Assembly: GCA_031701365.1 (NCBI GenBank)
Contig: GCA_031701365.1_4118.1
Length of the DNA stretch: 64,000 nucleotides
Source of the DNA: Escherichia coli
GTDB lineage: Bacteria; Pseudomonadota; Gammaproteobacteria; Enterobacterales; Enterobacteriaceae
Reading direction: 5' to 3' (one strand)
Shown: positions 34,547-42,191 of the stretch, in pieces
How positions within the stretch are numbered: the first letter of the stretch is position 1
How the letters are laid out: every line of letters begins with the position of its first letter
Notes under the pieces: model-generated
What the model was told of the DNA's origin: nothing
Database searches by the model: none
Seen by the model: the letters and a program-made list of their open reading frames with translations, nothing else
Made by a program: the position numbers and the translations under genes

Positions 34547-35120
34547 AGAAATTGAAAGTAAATTAAAGTACTTCAAAGATATCAAACTTCTTTGGAAAAA
34601 GTATAAAGTTGATTACAATTTCAGTGATGATGAGACAATAAAATACATTGAGATTAATATCAAAATCAAGTTCAAGAATAATAATTATGGTGAAGTAACC
34701 TTAAATCATACTGGTATATCACTCAAGGACTATGATGGTACAACACTCGCATATTTTGACTTCACACCAGAACCAGGTGAAACACTACTTAGTGAGATAA
34801 ATTCCTATGACATGGAAGTGTTCGGCGGGAATCCGTTACTGTTCCGACTTTCTGAAGAGTGGAGTGAAGAGTACTACACTTACAAAGATGGTGTAGTACT
34901 TGACATTCATGGAGAAGTTGTGAATGACTTGGAAGAACGTTTGTTCCAAGAATTGTGTGTTTCAAATACTTCATATGCATACAATCATATCCTTGACATG
35001 TTTGATTTATATAGTAAAATAGATGCTGAAATGAAGGCACATGGTATTCATTACCTTACAATTAACGACTATGCTCAACTCGAAACCGCTGTGAAAGCAT
35101 TGACTAAAGTACTGAAATAG
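34536..35120 (+). CDS. family-B protein (long form)
   Basis: Motif LEERLFQELCVSN. Confidence 0.75.
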   Translation: MDFKEIESKLKYFKDIKLLWKKYKVDYNFSDDETIKYIEINIKIKFKNNNYGEVTLNHTGISLKDYDGTTLAYFDFTPEPGETLLSEINSYDMEVFGGNPLLFRLSEEWSEEYYTYKDGVVLDIHGEVVNDLEERLFQELCVSNTSYAYNHILDMFDLYSKIDAEMKAHGIHYLTINDYAQLETAVKALTKVLK

Positions 35121-35129
35121 GAATGAAAT

Positions 35130-35543
35130 ATGAAACTGTATCATGCGAGTACTGTAAAAATTGATAACTTTTATATCCCGTATGGTGGTCTTCATATGGG
35201 AGGTAAACACAGTGCTTTGGAAGCTGCATTACGCAAGCTGAGAAGCCCACTGAACGTAGTAGACGCATGTACAGTATACTTGCATACCTTAGAAGTTGAT
35301 GTTGATAACGTGCTTCTGTGTGAAGATTTAGGCAGTGATGATGAGTGGCGTTCACTTATTGAGAATTGCACTGCTCAAGGTTATGATGCTGTTCAGTACA
35401 AAAATGACTACGAGCCTGATAATGTTCCTAGTTATATGATTTGGGATGCATCTAAAGTTCGCATCATTGAAGTTGATGCTATGCATATGGATGAAGCTGA
35501 AATAATTATCGAAGATTTTCTTGATGAATATGAAGGTGTATAA
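35130..35543 (+). CDS. hypothetical protein interrupting the B array (137 aa)
   Basis: No family-B motif. LYHAS...GGLHMGG...QYKNDYE...SYMIWD; acidic C-terminus. Any enzymatic assignment is speculative. Confidence 0.7.
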   Translation: MKLYHASTVKIDNFYIPYGGLHMGGKHSALEAALRKLRSPLNVVDACTVYLHTLEVDVDNVLLCEDLGSDDEWRSLIENCTAQGYDAVQYKNDYEPDNVPSYMIWDASKVRIIEVDAMHMDEAEIIIEDFLDEYEGV

Positions 35544-36079
35544 TGACTGACCCGATGGTAGCACTGGCACGTACTAAGTTACTATTAAAGATTGGTGAGA
35601 TTTTTACGGTTCTTCTGTCCAATAATATTGATATTACTGAGCTAGATATTAAGCAACCGTGGGAAGTGACTATGTTCTCGGCGTTCCACCGATTGTCATA
35701 TAAAGGTGAAAGTGTTCTTGATTTTAACCCTAAAGCAAAATTCATAGATTATGCTGCGTTGTACAGAGAGTTGCACCGAAATATTTATTCCGGTTGTATA
35801 ACCAATAACTTCAAAGAAATTAAAGTTCAAACTGCATCACATGAGTTCAATGATTTACTTTATCCAGAATTTAATCTAACTGAAGAATTACTCTTTCAGT
35901 ACTCGTTAATTCTCACAAATCTCGAAACGTTAGAGTACTACAAAGAGTTAGTAGATATTTTTATGAATACACGACTTTCAAAAGATATTGTGATATTCTG
36001 GTATACAGAGCATGTTACGGAGGAATTGCTTACTGAATTTCTTCTAAATATGACAGCTATAAAGGAGAAGTTATGTTAG
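35543..36079 (+). CDS. family-B protein (long form)
   Basis: TAATG overlap; motif TEELLFQYSLILT. Confidence 0.8.
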   Translation: MTDPMVALARTKLLLKIGEIFTVLLSNNIDITELDIKQPWEVTMFSAFHRLSYKGESVLDFNPKAKFIDYAALYRELHRNIYSGCITNNFKEIKVQTASHEFNDLLYPEFNLTEELLFQYSLILTNLETLEYYKELVDIFMNTRLSKDIVIFWYTEHVTEELLTEFLLNMTAIKEKLC

Positions 36080-36546
36080 ATATTTTAGGAAACATTGATA
36101 CTGCAAATTATTTTATCCAGGACGCACTGTTCAATACAGTTCAACATGGATTAGAAGTTCGTCATAACGTTTACCAAGGTGATGGTTATTTCGTTGATAT
36201 TGTTGAGGCACGAAAGAATACGTTTAATGTTAACATTACAACACTGGGTAGACAGAACATTGCACGAATTTTAGTAAGTAAAGATGAAATTGTATTGAGA
36301 TACAGTGCTAAGTTTATGTTGACTTATAAGAAAAAAACTGATATGTTCAGTACTAATTTATTTGATGAGCCATTTGACCTTGAAGATATTGAAGCTACTT
36401 TCTTTACTCAAAGTACTATGGTAAAATACACTGATGTTCAATTTTCTGCTGATGTAATGTCAGAAACATTACAAATGATCAAGGTATTATTTTATGCATT
36501 TGAGCAATTTAGAGAAGAAAGAAACAAGGTTAACAACCACAGATGA
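36073..36546 (+). CDS. family-B protein (weak motif)
   Basis: Motif position reads IEATFFTQSTMVK. Confidence 0.7.
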   Translation: MLDILGNIDTANYFIQDALFNTVQHGLEVRHNVYQGDGYFVDIVEARKNTFNVNITTLGRQNIARILVSKDEIVLRYSAKFMLTYKKKTDMFSTNLFDEPFDLEDIEATFFTQSTMVKYTDVQFSADVMSETLQMIKVLFYAFEQFREERNKVNNHR

Positions 36547-36907
36547 ACTAATAGAGGCGATCACTAAGGAGTCAAAATACCACAAAGGGATTCGTCTATA
36601 TTTTATAGATATTGGTTCAATGGAAGGCATATACATTTATGGTTCACAATCTTTATCTTATGATGTAATGCCAAAAAAACATGTAAAAATCTTTTTAGGT
36701 TCAGATAAAAAAACTTTCTTGACAATTAATGATAAAAACGTTATTATGAATTCGTTGGGTCATGATAAGGTGGAAATTGATCTAAACACACTGGAGGATA
36801 TTGATTTTTTTCAATACGAGTGTTTAGGTGTTGACTTACATGGCATTAGTAGCGATATGATAAAATCATTAATCAAATATTTCGAAGGTGTTCATAAATG
36901 TATCTAA
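36494..36907 (+). CDS. family-B protein (short form)
   Basis: Motif EDIDFFQYECLGV; 53-nt overlap with the upstream gene, so the start is uncertain. Confidence 0.65.
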   Translation: MHLSNLEKKETRLTTTDELIEAITKESKYHKGIRLYFIDIGSMEGIYIYGSQSLSYDVMPKKHVKIFLGSDKKTFLTINDKNVIMNSLGHDKVEIDLNTLEDIDFFQYECLGVDLHGISSDMIKSLIKYFEGVHKCI

Positions 36908-37395
36908 CTAAATCAATGAAAAATTCATTTGATAAAATCAAGAGTTGTCTTGATGGGGAAAATATTACAAGTGTTACACAAACTGCTGACCAAATTCAAA
37001 GCAGTTCAAGTGATTGTACTGTTATTTTAGGTTTACATAGTCTACGTTTATCAATAGTAAATAATATTGACAACACTGCTATTGTAATCACACCATGCAA
37101 TATTCAAAATGAGAATGGTGTATATCTTCATCACATGGGAACAGTATTTCATATTTTCAATACAAACGAAAACATTGTTAAGGAATACAAATCTCTTAAT
37201 ATTGATTCAGGTGAATTATTTCAAATGAGTACTTTGTACTCATGTAATTTCACAGATACTTCATGCATTTTGCCATTTTTCTTGGAAATTATTAAGAAAA
37301 TGGAAAATTTAAAACGTGAATACAATAAAGAAATGGTTCCTGAAGCTATATTAAATATTACTAATGCTATAGAGAAGTATAATGCAGTGACTTAA
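36898..37395 (+). CDS. family-B protein (long form)
   Basis: Motif DSGELFQMSTLYS. Confidence 0.8.
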   Translation: MYLTKSMKNSFDKIKSCLDGENITSVTQTADQIQSSSSDCTVILGLHSLRLSIVNNIDNTAIVITPCNIQNENGVYLHHMGTVFHIFNTNENIVKEYKSLNIDSGELFQMSTLYSCNFTDTSCILPFFLEIIKKMENLKREYNKEMVPEAILNITNAIEKYNAVT

Positions 37396-37437
37396 TAAAA
37401 ACGCACATGGAGTGCATTAGAAGATCAAGGATAGATC

Positions 37438-37911
37438 ATGGAGATTAAAACTGTTGAAAATGGGAAAATTGATGACATTTTAGAGTTGGACGCATTCAAA
37501 GTTCATGATATAATGTTTAATGTGAAGGACATTATTCAATGTCTATTTTTGTGTAGCAAGACAATGCATGATTTTTTTCACAACCCAAATACTAACGTTT
37601 TTATACTAACAATCAGTACTGAAAACTCGTTTATCATGGGTATGCCTATGAGTACAAATGAACAATATATTGATTGTGTTATTCGTAATAACGATAGTAT
37701 TACGCCACAATCTGAAGTACGTAAAAAGAAAAACACCTACACAATCAAAGATGATAAAATTATGATGTGCTGTAGTAAAGGGTTTATATTAGATAATTTT
37801 ATCGTCAAAGACAGTTATCACGACTTTAAAGTGTCTGAAAATCAATCCAATGTAGTTCTTTATGCGAGTGACATAGAAAGTCTAACAGTTAAAGATCCCA
37901 GTTTGGAGTAA
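37438..37911 (+). CDS. hypothetical protein (157 aa)
   Basis: AAGGA SD; no family motif. Confidence 0.7.
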   Translation: MEIKTVENGKIDDILELDAFKVHDIMFNVKDIIQCLFLCSKTMHDFFHNPNTNVFILTISTENSFIMGMPMSTNEQYIDCVIRNNDSITPQSEVRKKKNTYTIKDDKIMMCCSKGFILDNFIVKDSYHDFKVSENQSNVVLYASDIESLTVKDPSLE

Positions 37912-37913
37912 GT

Positions 37914-38045
37914 ATGGCTAAGAAAGTAAACAATTTCGTACAGAAACACATGAATGAGTTTAACAAGCCTCAGACACATGTGGATCGTAAAAAAGAAATG
38001 AAAAATGGTAAAGTAAAACACAAGTCGAGATTTATTCTCGACTAA
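37914..38045 (+). CDS. K/R-rich mini-protein (43 aa), weak ArfA-like resemblance
   Basis: Read by hand: GGAG SD + 5 nt + ATG; MAKKVNNFVQKHMNEFNKPQTHVDRKKEMKNGKVKHKSRFILD. The last 7 codons lie in the terminator stem-loop. Confidence 0.5.
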   Translation: MAKKVNNFVQKHMNEFNKPQTHVDRKKEMKNGKVKHKSRFILD

Positions 38046-38052
38046 TTTTTTG
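38024..38052 (+). terminator. rho-independent terminator overlapping the 3' end of the mini-ORF
   Basis: Stem GTCGAGA/TCTCGAC, loop TTTAT, then TAA (stop) TTTTTTG. Confidence 0.7.
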
Positions 38053-38074
38053 TCTAAATTTATGAGGATTGTAT

Positions 38075-38923
38075 ATGTTAGATATTTCAGATTTTCTTAA
38101 TTTTAAAAAGTATTCAGTACTTGAACATATCAACGAATTTCTGAATTCTACTACACCATTTGGTATCAGTACATCAGATGCATACGATGGATATACAATC
38201 TTCCCATACAATGACTTTCAAATTTCCGTCAAAAAAGGTTTTACAAAAGAAGTTGCAATTCGTGATGTAGTAATGTATAGCGATTCTTCTATTTCTTACT
38301 GTCATGACGTGAACAAGTTTGAATCTCTTTCAACACCTAATTGTTCATACTACAAATCCCATGACACGATGATGTATAAAGAACAACATATTAATGGTGT
38401 TTCGTTCTATAAAACTAGCAGTGATAAATCATATACATCTAGAGATGATTTTGGAAAATACACATGTACTATGCACACGGATAATGAAAAAACAAATTAC
38501 ACTCATTCATTCGAGTCCAAATTCCAAGAGAGTGAAGTTTCAAATATCACTATACAAGAACAGGTTTCAGAAGGCATTGTATATCGTAGTACTGCATTCT
38601 TTCGCATGAAAGATATTGCCACAGGCAGACCAATGATGTACAATATTGACATATACATGAAAGGTGATATATCCGAAGTAGTGATTAGTACTGGTTATCG
38701 TGAAAAATATACAGTTACAATGGAATCACCAGATGCATCATTAGTTCACCTCTTTAACAATTTATATACATTCCAATTCGAACTTAGTTTCGATCCAAAT
38801 GAATATCAAATATTTGATATATTAAAAAGTAATATTATTAATAAGTTAGAATATTACTACAAGTTAGGTGGTAAGATGTGCATAGTTAATACTATGTTAC
38901 ATAACATAAAAGAAACATTATAA
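38075..38923 (+). CDS. family-B-related protein (282 aa, long divergent)
   Basis: Track TTG 38069 trimmed to ATG 38075 after GAGGA SD; C-terminal NLYTFQFELSFDP. Confidence 0.7.
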   Translation: MLDISDFLNFKKYSVLEHINEFLNSTTPFGISTSDAYDGYTIFPYNDFQISVKKGFTKEVAIRDVVMYSDSSISYCHDVNKFESLSTPNCSYYKSHDTMMYKEQHINGVSFYKTSSDKSYTSRDDFGKYTCTMHTDNEKTNYTHSFESKFQESEVSNITIQEQVSEGIVYRSTAFFRMKDIATGRPMMYNIDIYMKGDISEVVISTGYREKYTVTMESPDASLVHLFNNLYTFQFELSFDPNEYQIFDILKSNIINKLEYYYKLGGKMCIVNTMLHNIKETL

Positions 38924-38939
38924 ATCTGGAGGATTTGGT

Positions 38940-39233
38940 ATGGATACTAAATTCAAAATTATTTTTAAAACTAAGCCGTATATTCCACATACAGCAGAAC
39001 GTTTTATACCACATGGTGCTGAGGAAATTATTCACCAAGATGGTACTAAGTTATACCTTGTTCCTTGTTCTTATGAACGTGCAGTAGAAATGTTACTAAT
39101 GAATGCTAGACTATGCAAAAACAAGTACATTAGTTACCTATACAATGAACATATTTTAGATTTCAATGATGAAAATATGTTCATTCTAGCAATTGAGGAT
39201 TTTGATAACTGGTACAATATTATTAAAATCTAA
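38940..39233 (+). CDS. hypothetical protein (97 aa)
   Basis: GGAGG SD. Confidence 0.7.
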   Translation: MDTKFKIIFKTKPYIPHTAERFIPHGAEEIIHQDGTKLYLVPCSYERAVEMLLMNARLCKNKYISYLYNEHILDFNDENMFILAIEDFDNWYNIIKI

Positions 39234-39242
39234 TGAAAATAA

Positions 39243-39290
39243 TGTGAACATATTAGATTCTTGTGATATAATGTTCACATCTTTTTTTGA
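39243..39290 (+). terminator. terminator hairpin with a promoter embedded in its loop
   Basis: Arms TGTGAACAT 39243-39251 and ATGTTCACA 39271-39279, then TCTTTTTTT. Confidence 0.65.
39244..39272 (+). promoter_or_regulatory. TRTG-extended -10 promoter inside the terminator hairpin
   Basis: -35-like GTGAAC 39244-39249, 17-nt spacer ending TGTGA, -10 TATAAT 39267-39272. The predicted start site falls at the end of the 3' arm. Confidence 0.55.
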
Positions 39291-39304
39291 TAACGGAGAT
39301 ATAG

Positions 39305-39691
39305 ATGAATACAAGTTCAGTCCTAAAAGCAATTGGTGGTGTTTTACTCATTGAAGTAAAAGGTGAGCCAAAGCTATGCTGTTTAGAAGATATGAAGAAT
39401 ACAAAACACTTCAGTACTGGTCAGATTTTCAATGCCATTCGTATTCTAAATGACAAATCCATTGCTGATTATGGAAAAGTTTGGCCTGTATATCAAAATG
39501 CTGATGGTGATATCAGTACTGATTGGAAAACAATTGAGGCGGTACGACAAAGTTGTGAGAGTGATTGGGACTTCATTGTTGAAGTTTGTGATCAACTACA
39601 AGAAGATGTTCCAGAAATTGTTGAACGAAAAGAAGTTCTAGCACGACTTGAAAAATTCCGTCACGGAACACTACAGTATGACACAATCTAA
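39305..39691 (+). CDS. hypothetical protein (128 aa)
   Basis: ACGGAGA SD; first gene after the 39244 promoter. Confidence 0.7.
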   Translation: MNTSSVLKAIGGVLLIEVKGEPKLCCLEDMKNTKHFSTGQIFNAIRILNDKSIADYGKVWPVYQNADGDISTDWKTIEAVRQSCESDWDFIVEVCDQLQEDVPEIVERKEVLARLEKFRHGTLQYDTI

Positions 39692-39740
39692 TCTGCTTAT
39701 TAAAAATATCTAATTAACATTATATAAAAGGAATTTAAAA

Positions 39741-40046
39741 ATGGAAGACAATGGAATGAAATTTGATATGTTTGAAGGTGTACCAGAGTTCGATTTCAAC
39801 AAACTTGAAGAAGGTGAGGAATCAGAACTAGTTAGTGTTACACTTAAAGCAGATTCTAAAAAGAAATATTCATCATCAGTACGTTCACGTTCACAAGAAG
39901 AATACGAAACATTTATTGAAAGTATTCATTATGAAACATTCCATCACGCAGATGGAACTCCATATGAAGTACGTGTAACAGTACTGAAGCCTGAAGTAAA
40001 TCCAATGGAAAATCTACGTCCTGTTTACTGCTGGGCAAGTCACTAA
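39741..40046 (+). CDS. hypothetical acidic protein (101 aa)
   Basis: AAGGA SD; strong terminator follows. Confidence 0.7.
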   Translation: MEDNGMKFDMFEGVPEFDFNKLEEGEESELVSVTLKADSKKKYSSSVRSRSQEEYETFIESIHYETFHHADGTPYEVRVTVLKPEVNPMENLRPVYCWASH

Positions 40047-40052
40047 TAAACC

Positions 40053-40086
40053 AAAGGACGGGATTTGTTATCTCGTCCTTTTTTTG
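40053..40086 (+). terminator. rho-independent terminator
   Basis: 11-bp stem AAAGGACGGGA/TCTCGTCCTTT (one G.U), loop TTTGTTA, T-run. Confidence 0.8.
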
Positions 40087-40097
40087 TCTGGAGATGT

Positions 40098-40952
40098 ATG
40101 AAACTTTATCTAATCGTTGACTACAATAAGGATTATGCTGGTAACTTCACCGAAGATTCGGATGGATATTGCACATCGACTAATGTCAATGTACGTAGCA
40201 GTAGTGCTCATGAACATGAATCTTGTAAAAATCTAAAAGATTTTATCGCATACCGAGCATTTGAAAAGAACTTCTGCCGCAGTAGATATTCGAAGTTTGA
40301 GTACCCGTTAATTGATGTTCCTGATGATTTAATGTTCCAGTTAATGCTGACTGGAGTTCAAGATTATGATTACATAGCGTATAATCATATTACTAAGAAA
40401 ATTTATATTGGTACATCATCACATGACACTTCTATGTATGCATCATGCCCAGATGATCGAATGAATGATAGAAAATCATACTATAGTGGGTCAGTTGGTT
40501 TAAATGATTCATTAAATAAAAATTCATTCTTTGAGTATGTTTATGATTACCATCATGAGAAAAAAGAACGTGAAGATTACTGTATAGCAATTGATAGTAC
40601 TAATGGTTATGAAGACGTGAAAGAAGCACTTATGCCGTACATTATTGAAAAGTACTACAAAGATTTTCAGTACTGTAGTAATTTTCTAATCAGAAATTCT
40701 ATTATAATCGGTCGCCAATCTAGTGCATACTCTCAGTACTACAACGATTCACCAGTAGCATCGGCAAATGAAATGTGTGATATTTTACAAATTCCACGTG
40801 AAGATATGACATTTATTTTTACGTCTTTTATTGAAGATGATGAGTTGTATATTAAAAATAAACACCGTTTCATGCCAAGCAAGATTGAGGTTATTCGAAG
40901 TTTTAGTGTTGATATACTAACAAATTTCACAGAAAAAACCGAATATAACTGA
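40098..40952 (+). CDS. family-B-related protein (284 aa)
   Basis: Track TTG 40065 lies inside the terminator; trimmed to ATG 40098 after GGAG; motif PDDLMFQLMLTGV. Confidence 0.7.
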   Translation: MKLYLIVDYNKDYAGNFTEDSDGYCTSTNVNVRSSSAHEHESCKNLKDFIAYRAFEKNFCRSRYSKFEYPLIDVPDDLMFQLMLTGVQDYDYIAYNHITKKIYIGTSSHDTSMYASCPDDRMNDRKSYYSGSVGLNDSLNKNSFFEYVYDYHHEKKEREDYCIAIDSTNGYEDVKEALMPYIIEKYYKDFQYCSNFLIRNSIIIGRQSSAYSQYYNDSPVASANEMCDILQIPREDMTFIFTSFIEDDELYIKNKHRFMPSKIEVIRSFSVDILTNFTEKTEYN

Positions 40953-40969
40953 GACAAATGATAAGTTAA

Positions 40970-40978
40970 TGATATAAT
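40970..40978 (+). promoter_or_regulatory. extended -10 element TGATATAAT
   Basis: TGa+TATAAT at 40970-40978. The predicted start site (~40985) falls inside the 5' arm of the following terminator hairpin. It would drive the ORF-free region downstream. Confidence 0.45.
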
Positions 40979-40980
40979 AT

Positions 40981-41014
40981 AAGGTGACAACATAATATGT
41001 TAGTCACCTTTTTT
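40981..41014 (+). terminator. rho-independent terminator
   Basis: AAGGTGAC-AACAT-AAT-ATGTT-A-GTCACCTT, then TTTT. Confidence 0.7.
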
Positions 41015-41540
41015 AATCCTGAAAGGTTCCCATAAGGAAATGATTAAAAGCCTAATCCACTCGAAAATGTAGAGGGTAGATGAGTAGTCCTTTCAGTACG
41101 AACAGCAGATGAAACCCGTTAGATGATGGCATAGTTTGAACCACTCACGGCAATGCGGCTGTATAAAGAACTCCAATAGGATAAAGAGAGTTCCTCGATA
41201 GACATATAAGGATCGCACCTTACCAATTATCTAAGGGAGATTTCATAAGAAATATGCGGTCGGAATTATACAATATAGTTGCGTCCAAATTTTGTGAAAT
41301 CAAATACAAGTACTGGTCATATGGTATTTGTATTATGTGTCGGGATGTTTAAGACCGACGACCGTTGCTACAAGAACCGCGATAGAGAGAAACAGAGCAA
41401 CCCGCTTTCGTCTCGTAAGAGAATTCGTGATATGAACTATGTGAAGGCCACCAGCGTCAAATTTTTTTGTTCTTTCCCCTGCGGGGGGATGAAATATGCT
41501 CAAGCAAACCCCGTCAATATTAATTAAAAGAAAATAGTAC
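41015..41540 (+). ncRNA. candidate structured non-coding RNA region (family unknown)
   Basis: ~0.5 kb with no credible ORF and higher GC than its flanks. Many local helices: CTGAAAGG/CCTTTCAG, GAACTC/GAGTTC, GTCGG/CCGAC, GTTGCT/AGCAAC, TCTC-GTAA-GAGA (GNRA loop), CCCC-TGC-GGGG. Confidence 0.3.
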
Positions 41541-41632
41541 TTGTAGAATTAAACATGCGTAGCATGATAATTCTACTGATGTTGATGCAATCAACGTCAC
41601 GTATATTCATTGATGTTTCCATAGGAATAATG

Positions 41633-42175
41633 ATGGCATTTATTAGAAAAGAAAAAACTGTTACTTATAAAACTTTGAATTTTGATGATTGCATTAATCA
41701 ATCACAAGACGAAGATATCTTTACTGGATATGTGGTTATTAAAGAAAAAGGATGCATTTCTTATATAAAGGAATTACAAAATGGAATTGAAGTGACTTCA
41801 GTTAAATTACTTCCTACTCAAAAACCAACAATATCAAAAGCCCAGTATGGTAATTATTTTGAAGAAAGATATAGTAATAATTCAATAAGTGTTAAGGCTC
41901 ATATTATTAAAGGAGAACTAGAAGGAGAATATAGAAAATACAACCCACAAGGAAAATGTGTTTGGGTTAAATACTTCAATTCAGGATATGATGTAACATC
42001 TGAAATTATAGAATTCTTGGGTTTAAAATGTACCCCTGAGACTATTCATGATTACAAGTTCAATACTGAAGAAGAGTTTAATCTGATGATGCGTTACGGT
42101 TCACATTTTAAATTTTTATATGAATATAACATTGACAGTAGTACTTTTGATAAGATAGTACACAACTGTCTCTAA
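41633..42175 (+). CDS. hypothetical protein with MORN/YwqK-like repeat (about 180 aa)
   Basis: Track ORF 41555 trimmed to ATG 41633 (or 41630) after AGGAA; GELEGEYRKYNPQGKCVWVKYFNSG repeat pattern. Confidence 0.55.
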   Translation: MAFIRKEKTVTYKTLNFDDCINQSQDEDIFTGYVVIKEKGCISYIKELQNGIEVTSVKLLPTQKPTISKAQYGNYFEERYSNNSISVKAHIIKGELEGEYRKYNPQGKCVWVKYFNSGYDVTSEIIEFLGLKCTPETIHDYKFNTEEEFNLMMRYGSHFKFLYEYNIDSSTFDKIVHNCL

Positions 42176-42191
42176 CAAAAGGAATTATATA

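Larger units (their letters stand above)
9597..37395 (+). repeat. family-B dominated gene array (~50 copies in ~28 kb)
   Basis: Nearly every ORF in this span carries one copy of E-E-x-[Y/L]-F-Q-x-S-[T/L]-[V/I]-[Y/W/H]-D about two-thirds along its length. Interruptions are listed separately. Confidence 0.9.

Noticed and set aside
41279-41527. 82-aa ORF inside the ORF-free region.
   Set aside because: It has a non-ATG start, no SD and an unusual Cys/Arg/Lys-rich composition. It overlaps several strong local hairpins. The region is better treated as non-coding or a decayed gene.
41015-41540. Possible identity of the structured region as RNase P RNA or a group I intron. Short strings such as GAAAGGTTCCCATAAGG, ACAAGAACCGCG, ACTCGAAAATGTAGA and AATATAGTTGCG loosely recall conserved-core elements.
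   Set aside because: The order and pairing of the elements do not reproduce either core (for example, no consistent P4 or P7 pairing). There is no exon context for an intron. The matches are short enough to be chance. This needs a covariance-model search.
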